From assembly GCF_044704955.1 (NCBI RefSeq), contig NC_091995.1:14136001-14200000 (forward strand): a stretch of 64,000 nt of DNA. Direction: 5' to 3'. This DNA comes from Pristiophorus japonicus. Lineage: Eukaryota. Below, one piece after another: positions 1 through 12,341 of this stretch. Made by a program: the position numbers and the translations under genes. The notes under the pieces are model-generated. The model worked only from the letters and a program-made list of their open reading frames with translations. It did no database searches and was not told the DNA's origin. Position 1 is the stretch's first letter. Each line of letters begins with the position of its first letter.

Positions 1-274
1 GCTTCAAATGGCCAAAATACTGCTGATGCTGGAAATCTAAAATATAAGCAGAAGATGCTGAACATACTTCCAGCAGGTTTGGTTTATATTTATGGTACAA
101 TTTTGTATCGCTTATTGGAATAAGATTTCTATTCTGTCAGCTGTATGTGGTCATACTATTTGACTGCAATACAATTTGCATTTGGGAGATTTAAACCGGG
201 CTGCGGATCCACTATCGCCCGTTCTACACCATTTGCCGCCAAAGTCTTTAGCTCCTTATTCTGGGAATCTGAGT

Positions 275-290
275 GGCTCTGAAAAGAGCC
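275..290 (-). terminator. Orphan histone mRNA 3' stem-loop (with downstream HDE-like element)
   Basis: Minus strand ACACAAAA-GGCTCTTTTCAGAGCC-ACTCA, then TAAGGAGCTA at ~250-259. No histone ORF lies directly upstream. Confidence 0.9.
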
Positions 291-480
291 TTTTGTGTTC
301 AGATGGTCGGCCCCTCCTACCGCCTTAACATTTCAGGAAACGTACTCAATCTGCCTGACATTGGAGTGTGACGCCGCATCAAATAAAACTCCCAGCCAAG
401 GCAAATTGAATCATAATTGCTTCAAATGGCCAAAATACTGGGGGTGCGGGAAATCCAAAACACAAACAGAAAATGCCAGT

Positions 481-730
481 GGAGAACGGCCCATTTAAAA
501 CGGAGATGAGGAGGAATTTCTTCTCTCAGAGGGTCGTAAATCTGTGGAATTCTCTGCCCCAGAGCTGTGAAGGCTGGGTCATTGAATATATTAAAGGCGG
601 AGATAAGACAGATTTTTGAGCGGGAAGTGGAACTGAGGCCATGATCAGATCAGCCAAGATCTTATTGAATGGCAGAGCAGGCTCGAGGGGCCAAATGGCC
701 TACTCCTGCTCCTATTTTATGTTTTTATTA
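481..730 (+). mobile_element. CR1-like LINE 3' fragment
   Basis: gagatgaggaggaatttcttctctcagagggt...ggcctactcctgctcctat, the same 3' end as the long CR1 copies in the window. Confidence 0.85.
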
Positions 731-940
731 AACACTCAGTAGGCACTATTTCTATTAATGATGCATTTACTTCGCTCATGTAGTTTATTTTGATCAGCTG
801 GATGTGGTCATACTATTTGTCTACAATAAAATGTACATTTGGTGAGATTTAAATTGTGCCGCGCATTCGCTCCGCATCATTGCACAGAAAGTGGGATTTT
901 CCAGCGAAGTGATTCAGCTCCTTATAGCGGAAATGTGAGT

Positions 941-956
941 GGCTCTGAAAAGAGCC
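941..956 (-). terminator. Histone 3' stem-loop of H1-like gene A, HDE-like TAAGGAGCTG at ~915-924
   Basis: Perfect GGCTCTTTTCAGAGCC 35 nt after the stop codon at 992. Confidence 0.95.
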
Positions 957-991
957 TTTTGTGTTGAGACGCTCGGTCGCTGCTGGGCCGT

Positions 992-1600
992 CTACCTCCT
1001 CTTCGGGGCCCGTCGCTTCCGCCCCCCAGTCCGGGAGGATGCGGACCTCTTGGGGGCTTTTCTGGGCTTGGCCGCCGCGCCCTTGCGGGTGTTCTTGGCC
1101 GCCGGCTTCTTGACGCGTTTGTGGGCGGCGGGTTTGGCGGCCGCCGCTCTCTTGCGGGCCGGCTTCTTGGCGGCCCTTTTGCTCTTGGCGCCTCCTGCGG
1201 CCCCGTTCTCTCCTCCCTCGGCCTCCTCTTGTCCCCCGTCCTCCTTCTCCTCCTCTCGGTCCGGGTGCAGCGAGGCCGAGGAGGTGCCGGCGCCGCTCTC
1301 CGCCGGCGAGCCCTTGTTGGCCGTGGTACTGACCGACTGGGAGGGCCGGGCGCCGGCCTTGTCCAGCGGCTCGTAGCCGGAGGCCGAGATGGTCTTCTTC
1401 AGGGAGCCCAGCTTGGGGGCCGCCTGGCGCTCCTTGGTGGCGGCCACCGCCTCCAGGATCTGCTCGGCCACCGCGGCGGCGACGCCTTTCTGCGGCCGGT
1501 AGGCGGCCTTCTTCTTGGCGGCCGGCGCCGGGGGGAGGGCGGCGGCCTCATGAGGCGCGGCTGTGGGGAGCTCGGATTTGGCGGGCGCGATATCAGCCAT
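992..1600 (-). CDS. Divergent linker histone H1-like protein A (202 aa)
   Basis: ATG at 1600 (MADIAPAK). H1 globular helix 1/2 motifs VAEQILEAVAATKERQ and LGSLKKTISASGYE, K/A/P/R-rich tail, no introns, histone stem-loop downstream, TATA-like CTTATAG at ~1663-1669. Confidence 0.85.
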   Translation of the reverse strand: MADIAPAKSELPTAAPHEAAALPPAPAAKKKAAYRPQKGVAAAVAEQILEAVAATKERQAAPKLGSLKKTISASGYEPLDKAGARPSQSVSTTANKGSPAESGAGTSSASLHPDREEEKEDGGQEEAEGGENGAAGGAKSKRAAKKPARKRAAAAKPAAHKRVKKPAAKNTRKGAAAKPRKAPKRSASSRTGGRKRRAPKRR

Positions 1601-1726
1601 TTGGGCAAATACGCGCGGACCGGCTCCGCGCACAAACTGAGAGGGGCCGCGGGGCCCGGCGGCTATAAGGGCGGGAGGCGGACGGAGCAGGGGCAACCTG
1701 CCGCTCGGGGCCCGCCCCCTGTTCAG

Positions 1727-2310
1727 GAAGCCCCGCCCCCTGACCAGGGAGCCCCCGCTCAGGAGCCACACCCCTTGTCTAGGGAGCCCTACCCCCCCCT
1801 CCCCATGTCCAGAGAACACCGCCTTGGAACCCCTCCCCTCTGACCAGGGAGCCACACCCACCGCCTGGGAGCCCCTCCCCTCTGACCAGGGAGCCACACC
1901 CACCGCCTGGGAGCCCCTTCCCTCTGACCAGGGAGCCACACCTACCGCCTGGGAGTCCCTCCCCTCTGTCCAGCGATCCACACCCATCGCCTGGGAGTCC
2001 CTCCCCTCTGACCAGGGAACCACACCCTCCCACAGGGAGCCCCGCACCTCTGACCAGGAAGCCACACCCACCGCCAGGGAGCCCCACCCAGCACCCAGGA
2101 GCCCCGCCACCCTTCCCTTGTCCAGGGAGCCCCGTCCTCCCGACCAGAGAGCTGTGCCCCCTTCTCCAGGGAGCCATCCCCCCCCCCCCGTCTAGGGAGC
2201 CATGTCCACTGCCCGGGAGCCCCGCACCCCCCCTTGTCCAGGGAGCCGTGCCCACCGTCTGGGAGCCTTGCCCTCCTGTCCATGGAGCCACACCCACCGC
2301 CCTGAAGCTC
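1727..2310. repeat. 42-bp GC-rich minisatellite (two ~21-bp GGGAGCC subunits) upstream of H1-like gene A
   Basis: Unit gggagcccctcccctctgaccagggagccacacccaccgcct, about 6 clean copies plus decayed flanking copies. Confidence 0.9.
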
Positions 2311-2319
2311 CGCCCCTCC

Positions 2320-2590
2320 TAAAGATCCCATGGACACTATTTCGAAGAAGAGCAGGTGAGTTATCCCCAGTGTCCTGTTGCCAATATTTATCCCTCAATC
2401 AACATAACAAAAAAAATCAGATGATCTGGTCATTATCGCATTGCTGTTTGTGGCAGCTTGCTGTGCGCAAATTGGCTGCCACGTTTCCCACATTACAACA
2501 GTGACGACACTCCAGAAAGTACTTTGCTGGCTGTAAAGGGCTTTGAGATGTCCGGTTGGCCGTGAAGGGTGCTATATAAATGCAAGTCTT
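2320..2590 (+). mobile_element. tRNA-derived SINE, 3' part
   Basis: cagatgatctggtcattatc...gtgcgcaaattggctgcc...ctatataaatgcaagtctt, recurring at ~22890-23240, 31150-31420, 32630-32860 and 37430-37850. Confidence 0.75.
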
Positions 2591-2599
2591 TCTTTTCTG

Positions 2600-3690
2600 T
2601 AACAAATGATAGCAACAACAACTTGCCTTTCTGCAGCACGTTTCACCTCCCAAGGCATTGCACAGGAGTGATTATCAAGTAGAATTTGACCCTCATCCAC
2701 ATAGAATGGTACGGCCCAGCAGGAAGGTCATTCGGCCCATTGAGCCAGTGCCAGCTCTCTTGTAAGAACGCTTTGGCTAGTCCCACTCCACGCCCCTTCC
2801 CCCAACGCTGTAATTTCTTTTTTCCCATCAAGTACTTATCCAACTCCCTTTTGAAAGCCACAATTAAGTCTGCCTCCACTATCCTTTCAGGCAGTGCATT
2901 CCAGATCCTAACCACTCACTGCGTAAAACAAGTTTTTGCTCACGTCACCTTTGGTTCTTTTGCCAATCACCTTAAATCTGTGCCCTCTGGTTCCCTTCCA
3001 CCAATGGGAAATTTCTCTCTATCTACTCTGTCCCGGCCCGTCATGATTTTGAACACCTCTATCAAATCTCCTCTCAACCTACTCTGCTCTAAGGAGAACA
3101 ACCCCAGCTTCTCCAGTCTATCCACATAACTGAAGTCCCTCATCCTGGAAACATTGTTGTAAATCTTTTCTGCACCTTCTCTAATGCTTTCACATCCTTC
3201 CTAAAGTGTGGTGGCCTGAATTGGACACAATACTCCAGTTGAGGCCAATCCAGTGTTTTATAAAGCTTATAAGGAAATAGTAGGGCAGGTGACCAAAAGT
3301 CTGGTCAAAGAGGTAGGTTTTAAGGAACGTCTTAAAGGAGGAAAGAGAGGTAGAGAGGCAGAGAGTTTTTGGGAGGGAATTCCAAAGTTTAGGGCTTTGG
3401 CAGGTGAAGGCATGACCACCAGTGGTTGAACGATAATAATCAGGGATACTCAAGAGGGCAGAATTTGAGGAGTGCAGATATCTCGCCGGGGGTGGGCGTC
3501 GTTTGGTGGTACTGTAGGGCTGGAGGAGATTACAGAGATAAGTCGGGGCGAGATCATGGAGGGATTTGAAAACAAGGATGAGAATTTTAAAATCGGGACA
3601 TTGCTTAACCAGGAGCCAATGTAGGTCAGTGAGCACAGGGATGTTGGATGAACGGAACTTGGTGCAAGTTAGGACACGGGCAGCCGAGTT
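2600..3690 (-). mobile_element. L2-like LINE 3' end with nested CR1 fragment (~2700-3265)
   Basis: ORF 3190-3636 reads LHWLLVKQCPDFKILILVFKSLH...LWNSLP...FKTFLKTYLF, an L2 ORF2 C-terminus. Confidence 0.8.
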
Positions 3691-3869
3691 TTACGTGACT
3701 GCAATGGAACTCAATATCAGGCACATGGGGCAGCTTTCTCGACCTACATGTTTTCATTCAAATGATGCACTTTTAAATGCCATGTAATGATTGGTGCAAT
3801 AATACAATTAGCAAATTGAAATCAGGACAGTTGATGGGAGACAATATCAAGTGACAAGTGAATACAAAG

Positions 3870-4384
3870 TGTTAGAGTGGATTTTCGGACATAGCAAAGC
3901 ATGATGGGATAAGCCAACTATCTGCTTTTCCATTGAATGAATTTTGTACCAAGAAACCTATCTGCTATCCGCTGACATGAACTCTGCAGCAACAAGTGAC
4001 TCATGGCCAGGTATAGGCCACTGTTTCATAGAGAGCTTTGCAAACAAGCAGAATAACTAACCACAAAGGAAGATAAAGAGGAAGGGTGCCCCAAACACGT
4101 GCCATGCTATCAGGTTTCACTAGGACTAAAAAAGTTGTGCAACAATATGATTGGGAGAATGTAATTTTATGCGTTGCCATATGGATTGATTGGTTGTATG
4201 TAAATGAATTTAAATGATTGTATTCCGCCCTCTGTAAACTGCTTATAAGCCCACGGCACCAGGCACTCGGGGAGAAGGTGCTTCGCACGTCGCGGGATCT
4301 CAAACTCTTCTCCCAGAGCTCTGTTAGCAATAAAGTTGTCTCTCTTACTTTACCAGAGTCTATGTGAATTTATTTTCACTAACA
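3870..4384 (+). mobile_element. Solo LTR (515 bp)
   Basis: TGTTAG...CTAACA termini, 5-bp TSD CAAAG (3865-3869 and 4385-4389), TATA-like ttataa at ~4243 and AATAAA at ~4329. Confidence 0.85.
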
Positions 4385-6239
4385 CAAAGCTACTAGTTCC
4401 AGATTCACAGAAAGGAAATAATATCTGGTTTGGAAGGATATGCTATTTTCAAACTTCAATGCATCAAGGATGAACCCAAATCAGATCTATTTCTTGGATG
4501 GAAAACTCTCAATTTTATTTTAGTTCTAGTTTAATGTGTTGTGAAATTATTAATAATAACCATAATTTGGATCAGAACATTCCTACAACAGTGAAATGCC
4601 TTAGTGATACTGAAATACGACATTTCTCCTCATCACAAGTATTCACAATGAGCTCTTTGAATTTATGTGTAAACTAGCTGATATCCGTGCCATTACTCAT
4701 CGCGAGGCAGGAGGAATGTTTGTATATTGTAGAGGTAACATCGAGGCACTGATGTACAGTGATCGAATGAATCAAGGTGAAGCAGTTGGAGTTAGATTAC
4801 TGCTATTTTGCACTGCTTGGAAGGGATAATGGAGCTTCATGGCACTGGTAGCTTTGGTAGCACATGGTGTGTCTTGGGCTTTAGCACATCTGGTTTGGGG
4901 GTCCTGGGGATTGATAGTGGGGCTGCTGGAATCGTTCAGTTTGGGAATACTTCACTATGAAATTACTGTTGGAGGAGGAGCCTGTGGTTCAGTGAAATTG
5001 TGGAAAGGGGAGACTGAGATTTGGCAGAATTAATGGGTATAATGTAGGGTTTGCCTCAGGGGTGGATTCCAGCTGTCTGTCATCAGTGAGGGGAGGAGGA
5101 AGGGTGAAGTGGGGTTGAGGGTGGGGTGGTGGTATTCCAGGTCTGCGATGTTGATTTGAAACTTCATAAGCGATCTCTGCAGACAATAAATTAATGTTTT
5201 ATGAATTGGTCCTGGAAGTGCACCTACAAATCTGTCTTCCTCAGCATCTCTCTCTCTTTGCCTCTCCCTCTCTCTCTGTTTATATCCCTGCCCCTCTCCA
5301 TGTCGTATAAGTGTCAGTAATTAGAATATGTTTTTTTTTAATCAGCACAGGTGATAATAAAAAATAATTAGAGGATTTGCTTGTTTTTGAAATGCAATTT
5401 ATGGGGTTATGAGATTATGAGGAGCGGGCAGGGAAGTGGAGCTGAACCCAAGATCAGATCAGCCATGATCTTATTAAATGACAGAGCAGGCTCGAGGGGC
5501 CAAATGGTCGATTCCTGCTCCTATTTCTTATGTTCTTATGTAATTCTGTTTTTAAACTCAAATTAGGATGAGGATGGGCTCTCTTTTAGTTTAATGTTCT
5601 GCCTGCCTTTGAACACCAACTAAAGCTGCAAAACATGTGCCATTAGTTTAGTTTGACATGCTGTCTGTCTCTCTATATCTTTCTTTTTCTATCTTTCTCT
5701 CTCACCAACATGCACACACATGCTTTTAAATTACTATAAATTATATGCAAATAAAGCTTTTGAAACATTTCCTCCAGATTTTCTTCAAATCGTTTTGTAA
5801 AGCAACTGAATTGATTGTGTTGGAGATTGTGAGGGAAGTGATCTTTCATTTGGCTAACTTAAATACTATTGGTGAATTGTGAAAAAAATATCTACCCACT
5901 ACACATCCTCAGACTGCAGGATTTCTCTTTGGCTGTCAGTCACCAATCTGAATTAAAATATTGATTTCAGGCTGATTCAGGAGGAGCTGAGACTTTCAAC
6001 TGCATACTTTAAAGAAGGTAAAAAAAAAAAATCAGTGGATAAATCTAACCTTGCTGTTGTGAAATGTTATTTTTTTTACATTTTGTTCAAAACCTTAATT
6101 TGGATGCGAGAAGCATCTGATGGATTTTTGTTTTCAAAAAGTCGGGGTGGATGGAGTTAAGATGTAAATCATCCCTGATCTAATCGAATGGAGGAACAGG
6201 GCTGAGGTGCTGAACGGTCTCCTCCTGTTCCCTATGTTG

Positions 6240-7670
6240 GTGGAAGGCAGGAGAGATTAAATGACAAAAGCTCTGGCTGTACAAAGCAAAAGCAAACGGT
6301 AATGAGACAAGTAAAGAAACAAACGATAAGTCTAGAAGCGGTGTAAATGGGAATAGCAGAATGATCAACACTGCTATCTAAAAAAAATAGGGGCAGAGGT
6401 TATGGTCTGAAATTGTTGAACTCGATGTTGAGTCCAGAAGGCTGTAAAGTGCCTAAACGAAAGGTGAGGTGCTGTTCCTCGAGTTTGCGTTGAGCTTCAT
6501 TGGAACAGTGGAGGAGTCCGAGGACGGAGAGGTCAGAGTGGGACTGGAACGGAGAATTCATCATCATCATCATCACAGGCGGTCCCGCGAACGAGGATGA
6601 CTTGCTTCCACGAGTTCACAGGTGTTTCGATGAAGGACCCAATGTTCCAGTCCTGAACTCCAGTTGAGGGGGTGGAAGATGCCTGTGTGTGAATTTTTTT
6701 AACATGTGGTGACCGTTGCACACCAGCCACCACACGGGCTTGACGGAGCTCGGCCTTTATCCAATGACAAGGATTAACCAGGACGACTGGAGACCTGCTC
6801 TGCTGCACGGACCTAGTGCGCGCACACATATCGCGGTGTGGGCTGGCCCGTGCTGCCCCTGGGACCCCGCATCTTCTGGGCCCTGTACCCTCATCTGTCG
6901 CACCTCCGCCACGATCTCTCACCGCTCCTCTGCCACAAACACTCATCGCTCATCCACCCCACGCTGCTGTACCTGGGCCCTGCCGTTGCTTCTGCCCCAG
7001 CCTTCTGCCTCTGTGTAAAGAAATTTCCCCTCAAACTCCCTCTCAACCTCCCCCCAATCACTTAAAATCTATGGCCCCTGGTTGTTCACCTCTCTGCCGA
7101 GGGAAATAGATCCTTCCTCTCCACTCTATCCAGGCCCCTCATAATTTTATACACCTCAATAAGGTCACCCCTCAACCTCCTCTGTTCCAAAGAAAACAAA
7201 CCCAGCCTATCCAATCTTTCACCTTGGTTCCACATTCCTTAATACTCTTGCCGAACAAAAATCTACCAATCTCATTTTTGAAGTTTTCAATTGACCCCAT
7301 GGAAACGGAGAATTAAAGTGACAGGCGACCAGAAGCTCAGGGTCACACATACGGACGGAACAGAGGTGTTCCGCAAAATGGTCACCCCCCATCTGTATTT
7401 GGTCTCCCCAATGTAGAGGAGGCCACATCGTGAGCAGCGAATACAGTGTACTAAGTTGCAAAAAGTACAAATGAATCACTGTTTCACCTTGTTAGGAGTG
7501 TACGGGGACTTGGACAGTGGGAAGGGAGGAGGTAAAAGGGCTGGTGTGGCATCTCTTGCGATAGCACAAGAAGGTGCTGTGAGAAAAGAAAAGGGGTGGT
7601 GGTGCTGGGCGACGATCGAATGAGTGGACCAAGGTGTCGCGGAGGAAGCGGAGCGGTCCCTTCGGAGACG
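6240..7670 (-). mobile_element. Penelope-like element remnants, interrupted by other repeats
   Basis: 7330-7450 encodes a frameshifted GIY-YIG-type segment (resembling CGLLYIGET, then DHFAEHLCSV...VACHFNSP). Confidence 0.6.
6560..7000 (-). mobile_element. RTE-related short retroelement with (TGA)n tail
   Basis: Tail catcatcatcat at 6560-6573. Near-identical inverted copy at 8474-8905. Confidence 0.7.
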
Positions 7671-8473
7671 GTTAACGGATTAGATCAGCATTAACCTCCT
7701 TTTGAGATGGTCAATTTTGGAAAAAGAAGAAAAGTCCTGGATCCCACACAGCAGCATGTGCTGGAGAAAAGGGGACGGTAGAGGAGGGCGAAAGGCAGAG
7801 TGTGGAATGATGCGAGAAGAGCGCAGCAGCTGATTGGTGGATGCGGGAGTTGATGGCCTCATCAGGGGGGGGATTGTTTTTAGATTCGTTCCTGAGATGT
7901 GGGCGTCACTGGCAAGGCCGGCATTTATTGCCTGTCCCTAATTGCCCCTTGAGAAGGTGGTGGTGAGCCACCTTCTTGAACCCTGTGGGCTGAAGGGTCT
8001 CCCACAGGGCTGTTAGGGAGGGAGTTCCAGGATGGTGACCCAGCAACGATGAAGGAACGGTGATATATTTCCCTGACAGATTGGTGTGTGACTGGGAGTG
8101 GAACATGGAGGTGGTGGTGTTCCCTTGTGCTTGCTGCCCTGGCAATTCAACCAGGGGCACAACCAGTAGAACCTGCAAACTAACCAAAAACGTTTAAGAA
8201 AACCAAAATAAATAAAATCAAAATTGTCTTTCTGGTTGCGATGATGCACTCCAGTCCCTCCAGCGGAAGGCCTCGAGCATACCGGTAGAAATTGTGTGCT
8301 CTATCTCCATCGTAGCCCCCCCGACCTACAAGAGACCAGCTCCGTAGGTCGGGCTATAAACGAGGTGGAGTGTACCATTTCAACCTCCAGCGCGAGCTGC
8401 TCCAAGTGTGCGATGATTTTGAGATGGGCGACTGGATGACATCATCAAAACCCTAGTCACCGTTTTGGAGCAT

Positions 8474-8905
8474 GTGCAGGAACATCGGCAGGGCCCAGCT
8501 ACAGAGGAGTGGGACGGTCGGGTTAATGAGCGGCGAGTGTTTGTGGCGAGATGCGGTGAATGATTATGGTGGAGGAGCAGTGAGGGATCGTGGAGGAGGT
8601 GCAACAGATGAGGTTACGGGGCCCAGAAGAGCCGAGGGCCCAGGGGCGATGTGTGTATGCGCTAGGTCCATGCAGCAGAGCAGGTCTCCAGTCGTCCTGG
8701 TTAATCCTTGCCACTGGACCAAGACCTAGCCCTGTCCAGCCTGTGTGGTGGCTGGTGTGCAATGGTCACCACACGTTAAAAAAATTCACGTATAGGCATC
8801 TTCCACCCCTTCAATTGGAGTTCAGGACTGAAACATCGGGTCCCTCGTCAAAACACCTGTGAACTCGTGGAAGCAAGACATCCTCGTTCGAGGGTCTGCC
8901 TATGA
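8474..8905 (+). mobile_element. RTE-related short retroelement, second copy
   Basis: Reverse complement of 6560-7000. Ends gtggaagcaag...gagggtctgcctatgat, like the RTE 3' ends in the window. Confidence 0.7.
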
Positions 8906-9075
8906 TCTCGTGGGACGCCGGGCGCGAATGTAGCCACGGAAGAGATGCAGGCAGTCGGGCCGGAGGAGCCCCTCGACCACCCGCTGCATGGACCGGTTCA
9001 TGACCACCTTGGCCAGGCCCAGGAGCAGTCCTAAGAGGAGGCCCTCCGACCTGCCCCCACCCCCGCACTGGGTCA

Positions 9076-9532
9076 TCATCATCATCATCATCATAGGCAG
9101 TCCTTCGGAATCAAGGAAGTCTTGCTTCCACTCCTGAAGTGAGTTCTCTGGTAGCTGAACAATCCAATATGACAGCCACAGACTCTGTCACAGGTGGGGC
9201 AGATATTCGCCGACGGAAAGGGTGGGTGGGGCTGGTTTGCCGCACGCTCCTTCCGCTGCCTGCGCTTGACCTCTTCACGCACTCCGCGTTGAGATTCCAA
9301 GAGCTCAACGCCCTCCCGGACGCACTTTCTCCACCTAGGGCGGTCTTCGTCAAAGGACTCCCAGGTGTCAGTGGTGACGTCGTACTTTATCAGGGAGGCT
9401 TGTAACATTTTTGCTGTCCATCTTTGGCTCATTTGCCATGAAGGAGTTCCGCGTAGAGTATTTGCTTTGGGAGTCTCGTGTCTGGCATACGAACTATGTG
9501 GCCTGCCCAGCGAAGCTGATTCAAGTGTGGTC
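9076..9532 (-). mobile_element. RTE-clade LINE 3' part (continues at ~12036-12150 beyond the nested CR1)
   Basis: Encodes ..DTWESFDEDRPRWRK..CPTCDRVCGCHIGLFSYQRTH, with a (TGA)n tail. Confidence 0.85.
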
Positions 9533-12025
9533 ATAGAAACATAGAAAATAGGTGCAAGAGTAGGCCATTCGGCCCTTCGAGCCTGCACCGCCATTCAATG
9601 AGTTCATGGTTGAACATGCAACTTCAGTACCCCATTCCTGCTTTTTCGCCATACCCCTTGATCCCCGAGTAGTAAGGACTTCATCTAACTCCTTTTTGAA
9701 TATATTTAGTGAATTGGCCTCAACAACTTTCTGTGGTAGAGAATTCCACAGGTTCACCACTCTCTGGGTGAAGAAATTTCTCCTCATCTCGGTCCTAAAA
9801 GGCCTGTTCCTTATCCTTAGACTGTGACCCCTGGTTCTGGACTTCCCCAACATTGGGAACATTCTTCCTGCATCTAACCTGTCTAAACCCGTCAGAATTT
9901 AAAACATTTCTATGAGATCCCCTCTCTTTCTTCTGAACTCCAGTGAATACAAGCCCAGTTGATCCAGTCTTTCTTGATATGTCAGTCCTGCCATTCCAGG
10001 AATCAGTCTGGTGAACCTTCGCTGCACTCCCTCAATAGCAAGAATGTCCTTCCTCAAGTTAGGAGACCAAAACTGTACACAATACTCCAGATGTGGCCTT
10101 ACCAAGGCCCTGTACAACTGTAGTAACACATCCCTGCCCCTGTACTCAAATCCCCTCGCTATGAAGGCCAACATGTAATTTGCTTTCTTAACCGCCTGCT
10201 GTACCTGCATGCCAACCTTCAATGACTGATGTACCCTGACACCCAGGTCTCGTTGCACCTCCCCTTTTCCTAATCTGTCACCATTCAGATAATAGTCTTT
10301 CTCTCTGTTTTTACAACCAAAGTGGGTAACCTCACATTTATCCACATTATATTTCATCTGCCATGCATTTTCCCACTTACCTAACCTATCCAAGTCACTC
10401 TGCAGCTCATAGCATCCTCCTCACAGCTCACACTGCCACCCAACTTAGTGTCATCTGCATATTTGGAGATACTACATTTAATCCCCTCGTCTAAATCATT
10501 AATGTACATTGTAAACAGCTGGGGCCCCAGCACAGAACCTTGCGGTACCCCACAAATCACTGCCTGCCATTCTGAAAAGTACCCATTTACTCCTACTCTT
10601 TACTTCCTGTCTGCCAACCAGGTCTCAATCCATATCAGTACACTACCCCCAATCCCATGTGCTTTAACTTTGCACATTAATCTCTTGTGTGGGACCTTGT
10701 CGAAAGCCTTCTGAACGTCCAAATACATCAACTGGTTCTCCCTTGTCAATTCTACTGGAAACATCCTCAAAAAATTCCAGAAGATTTGTCAAGCATGGTT
10801 TCCCTTTCACAAATCCATGCTGACTTGGACCTATCATGTCACCTCTTTCCAAATGCGCTGCTATGACATCCTTAATAATTGATTCCATCATTTTACCCAC
10901 TACCAATGTCAGGCTGATCGGTCTATAATTCCCTGTTTTCTCTCACTCTCCTTTTTTAAAAAGTGGGGTTACATTGGCTACCCTCCACTCCATAGGAACT
11001 GATCCAGAGTTTATGGAATGTTGGAAAATAACTGTCAATGCATCCGCTATTTCCAAGGCCACCTCCTTAAGTACTCTGGGATGCAAACCATCAGGCCTCG
11101 GGATTTATCGGCCTTCAATCCCATCAATTTCCCCAACACAATTTCCCGACTAATAAGGACTTCCCTCAGTTCCTCCTTCTTACTAGACCTTCTGACCCCA
11201 TTTATATCCGGAAGGTTGTTTATGTCCTCCTTAGTGAATACCGAACCAAAGTACTTGTTCAATTGGTCTGCCATTTCTTTGTTCCCAGTTATGACTTCCC
11301 CTGATTCTGACTGCAGGGGACTTACGTTTGTCTTTACTAACCTTTTTCTCTTTACATATCTATACAAGCTTCTGCAGTCCATTTTAATGTTCCCTGCAAG
11401 CTTCTTCTCGTACTCTATTTTCCCTGCCCTAATCAAACCCTTTATCCTCCTCTGCTGAGTTCTACATTTCTCCCAGTCCCCGGGTTCACTGCTATTTCTA
11501 GCCAATTTGTATGCCACTTCCTTGGCTTTAATACTATCTCTGATTTCCCTTGATAGTCACGGTTGAGCCACCTTCTCTTTTTTATTTTTACGCCAGACAG
11601 GGATGTACAATGTTTGTAGTTCATCCATGCGGTCTCTAAATGTCTGCCATTGCCTAGCCACTGTCAACTCCTTAAGTATCATTTGCCAATCTACCCAAGC
11701 CAATTCACGTCTCATACCTTCAAAGTTACCCTTCTTTAATTTCGGTACCATGGTCTCTGAATTAACTGTTTCATTCTCCATCCTAATGTAAAATTCCACC
11801 TTATTATGGTCACTCTTCCCCAAGGGGCCTCGCACAATGAGATTGCTAATTAATCCTCTCTCATTACACAACACCCAGTCTAAGATGGCCTCCCCCCTAG
11901 TTGGTTCCTCGACATATTGGTCCAGAAAACCATCCCTTATGCATTCCAGGAAATCCTCCTCCACTGTATTGCTTCCAATTTGGTTAGCCCAATCTATATG
12001 CATATTAAAGTCACCCATGATAATT
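9533..12025 (-). mobile_element. CR1 LINE, 5'-truncated, frameshifted ORF2 (APE-RT)
   Basis: GDFNMHIDW, LDWVLCNE..GKSDHN, QHGFVKGKPCLTNLLEFF, RPHLEYCVQFWSP. Tail (TTTCTATG)n. Confidence 0.95.
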
Positions 12026-12341
12026 GCTGCACCTCGTCAGTGCTTCAATGCCGGGGATATTAGCCTGAGTGAGGACACCGAGGTTAGTGCGCCTGTCCTC
12101 CCAAGGGATTTGTAGGACCTTACGTAGACATCGTTGGTGATTATATGGTCCATGCTTTTGATCCATACAGAAGGCCCTGTAGACCATGAGTTTGGTGGTA
12201 CCCGCACTGGGTACCCAAAGATCAGGAGCTTGGGTCTGAAGTACAGCCAGAAATCGAGCAGCAACCTCTCCAAATAATGCAAGAGGGGCTGCAATCTCAC
12301 ACACCCCATAAAAACGTGGAACACCGCGCTCCCGCCACCCC

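Noticed and set aside
1601-2110. 170-aa N-terminal extension of H1-like gene A in the ORF track
   Set aside because: It reads through the minisatellite and promoter. The ATG at 1600 gives a typical H1 start (MADIAP).
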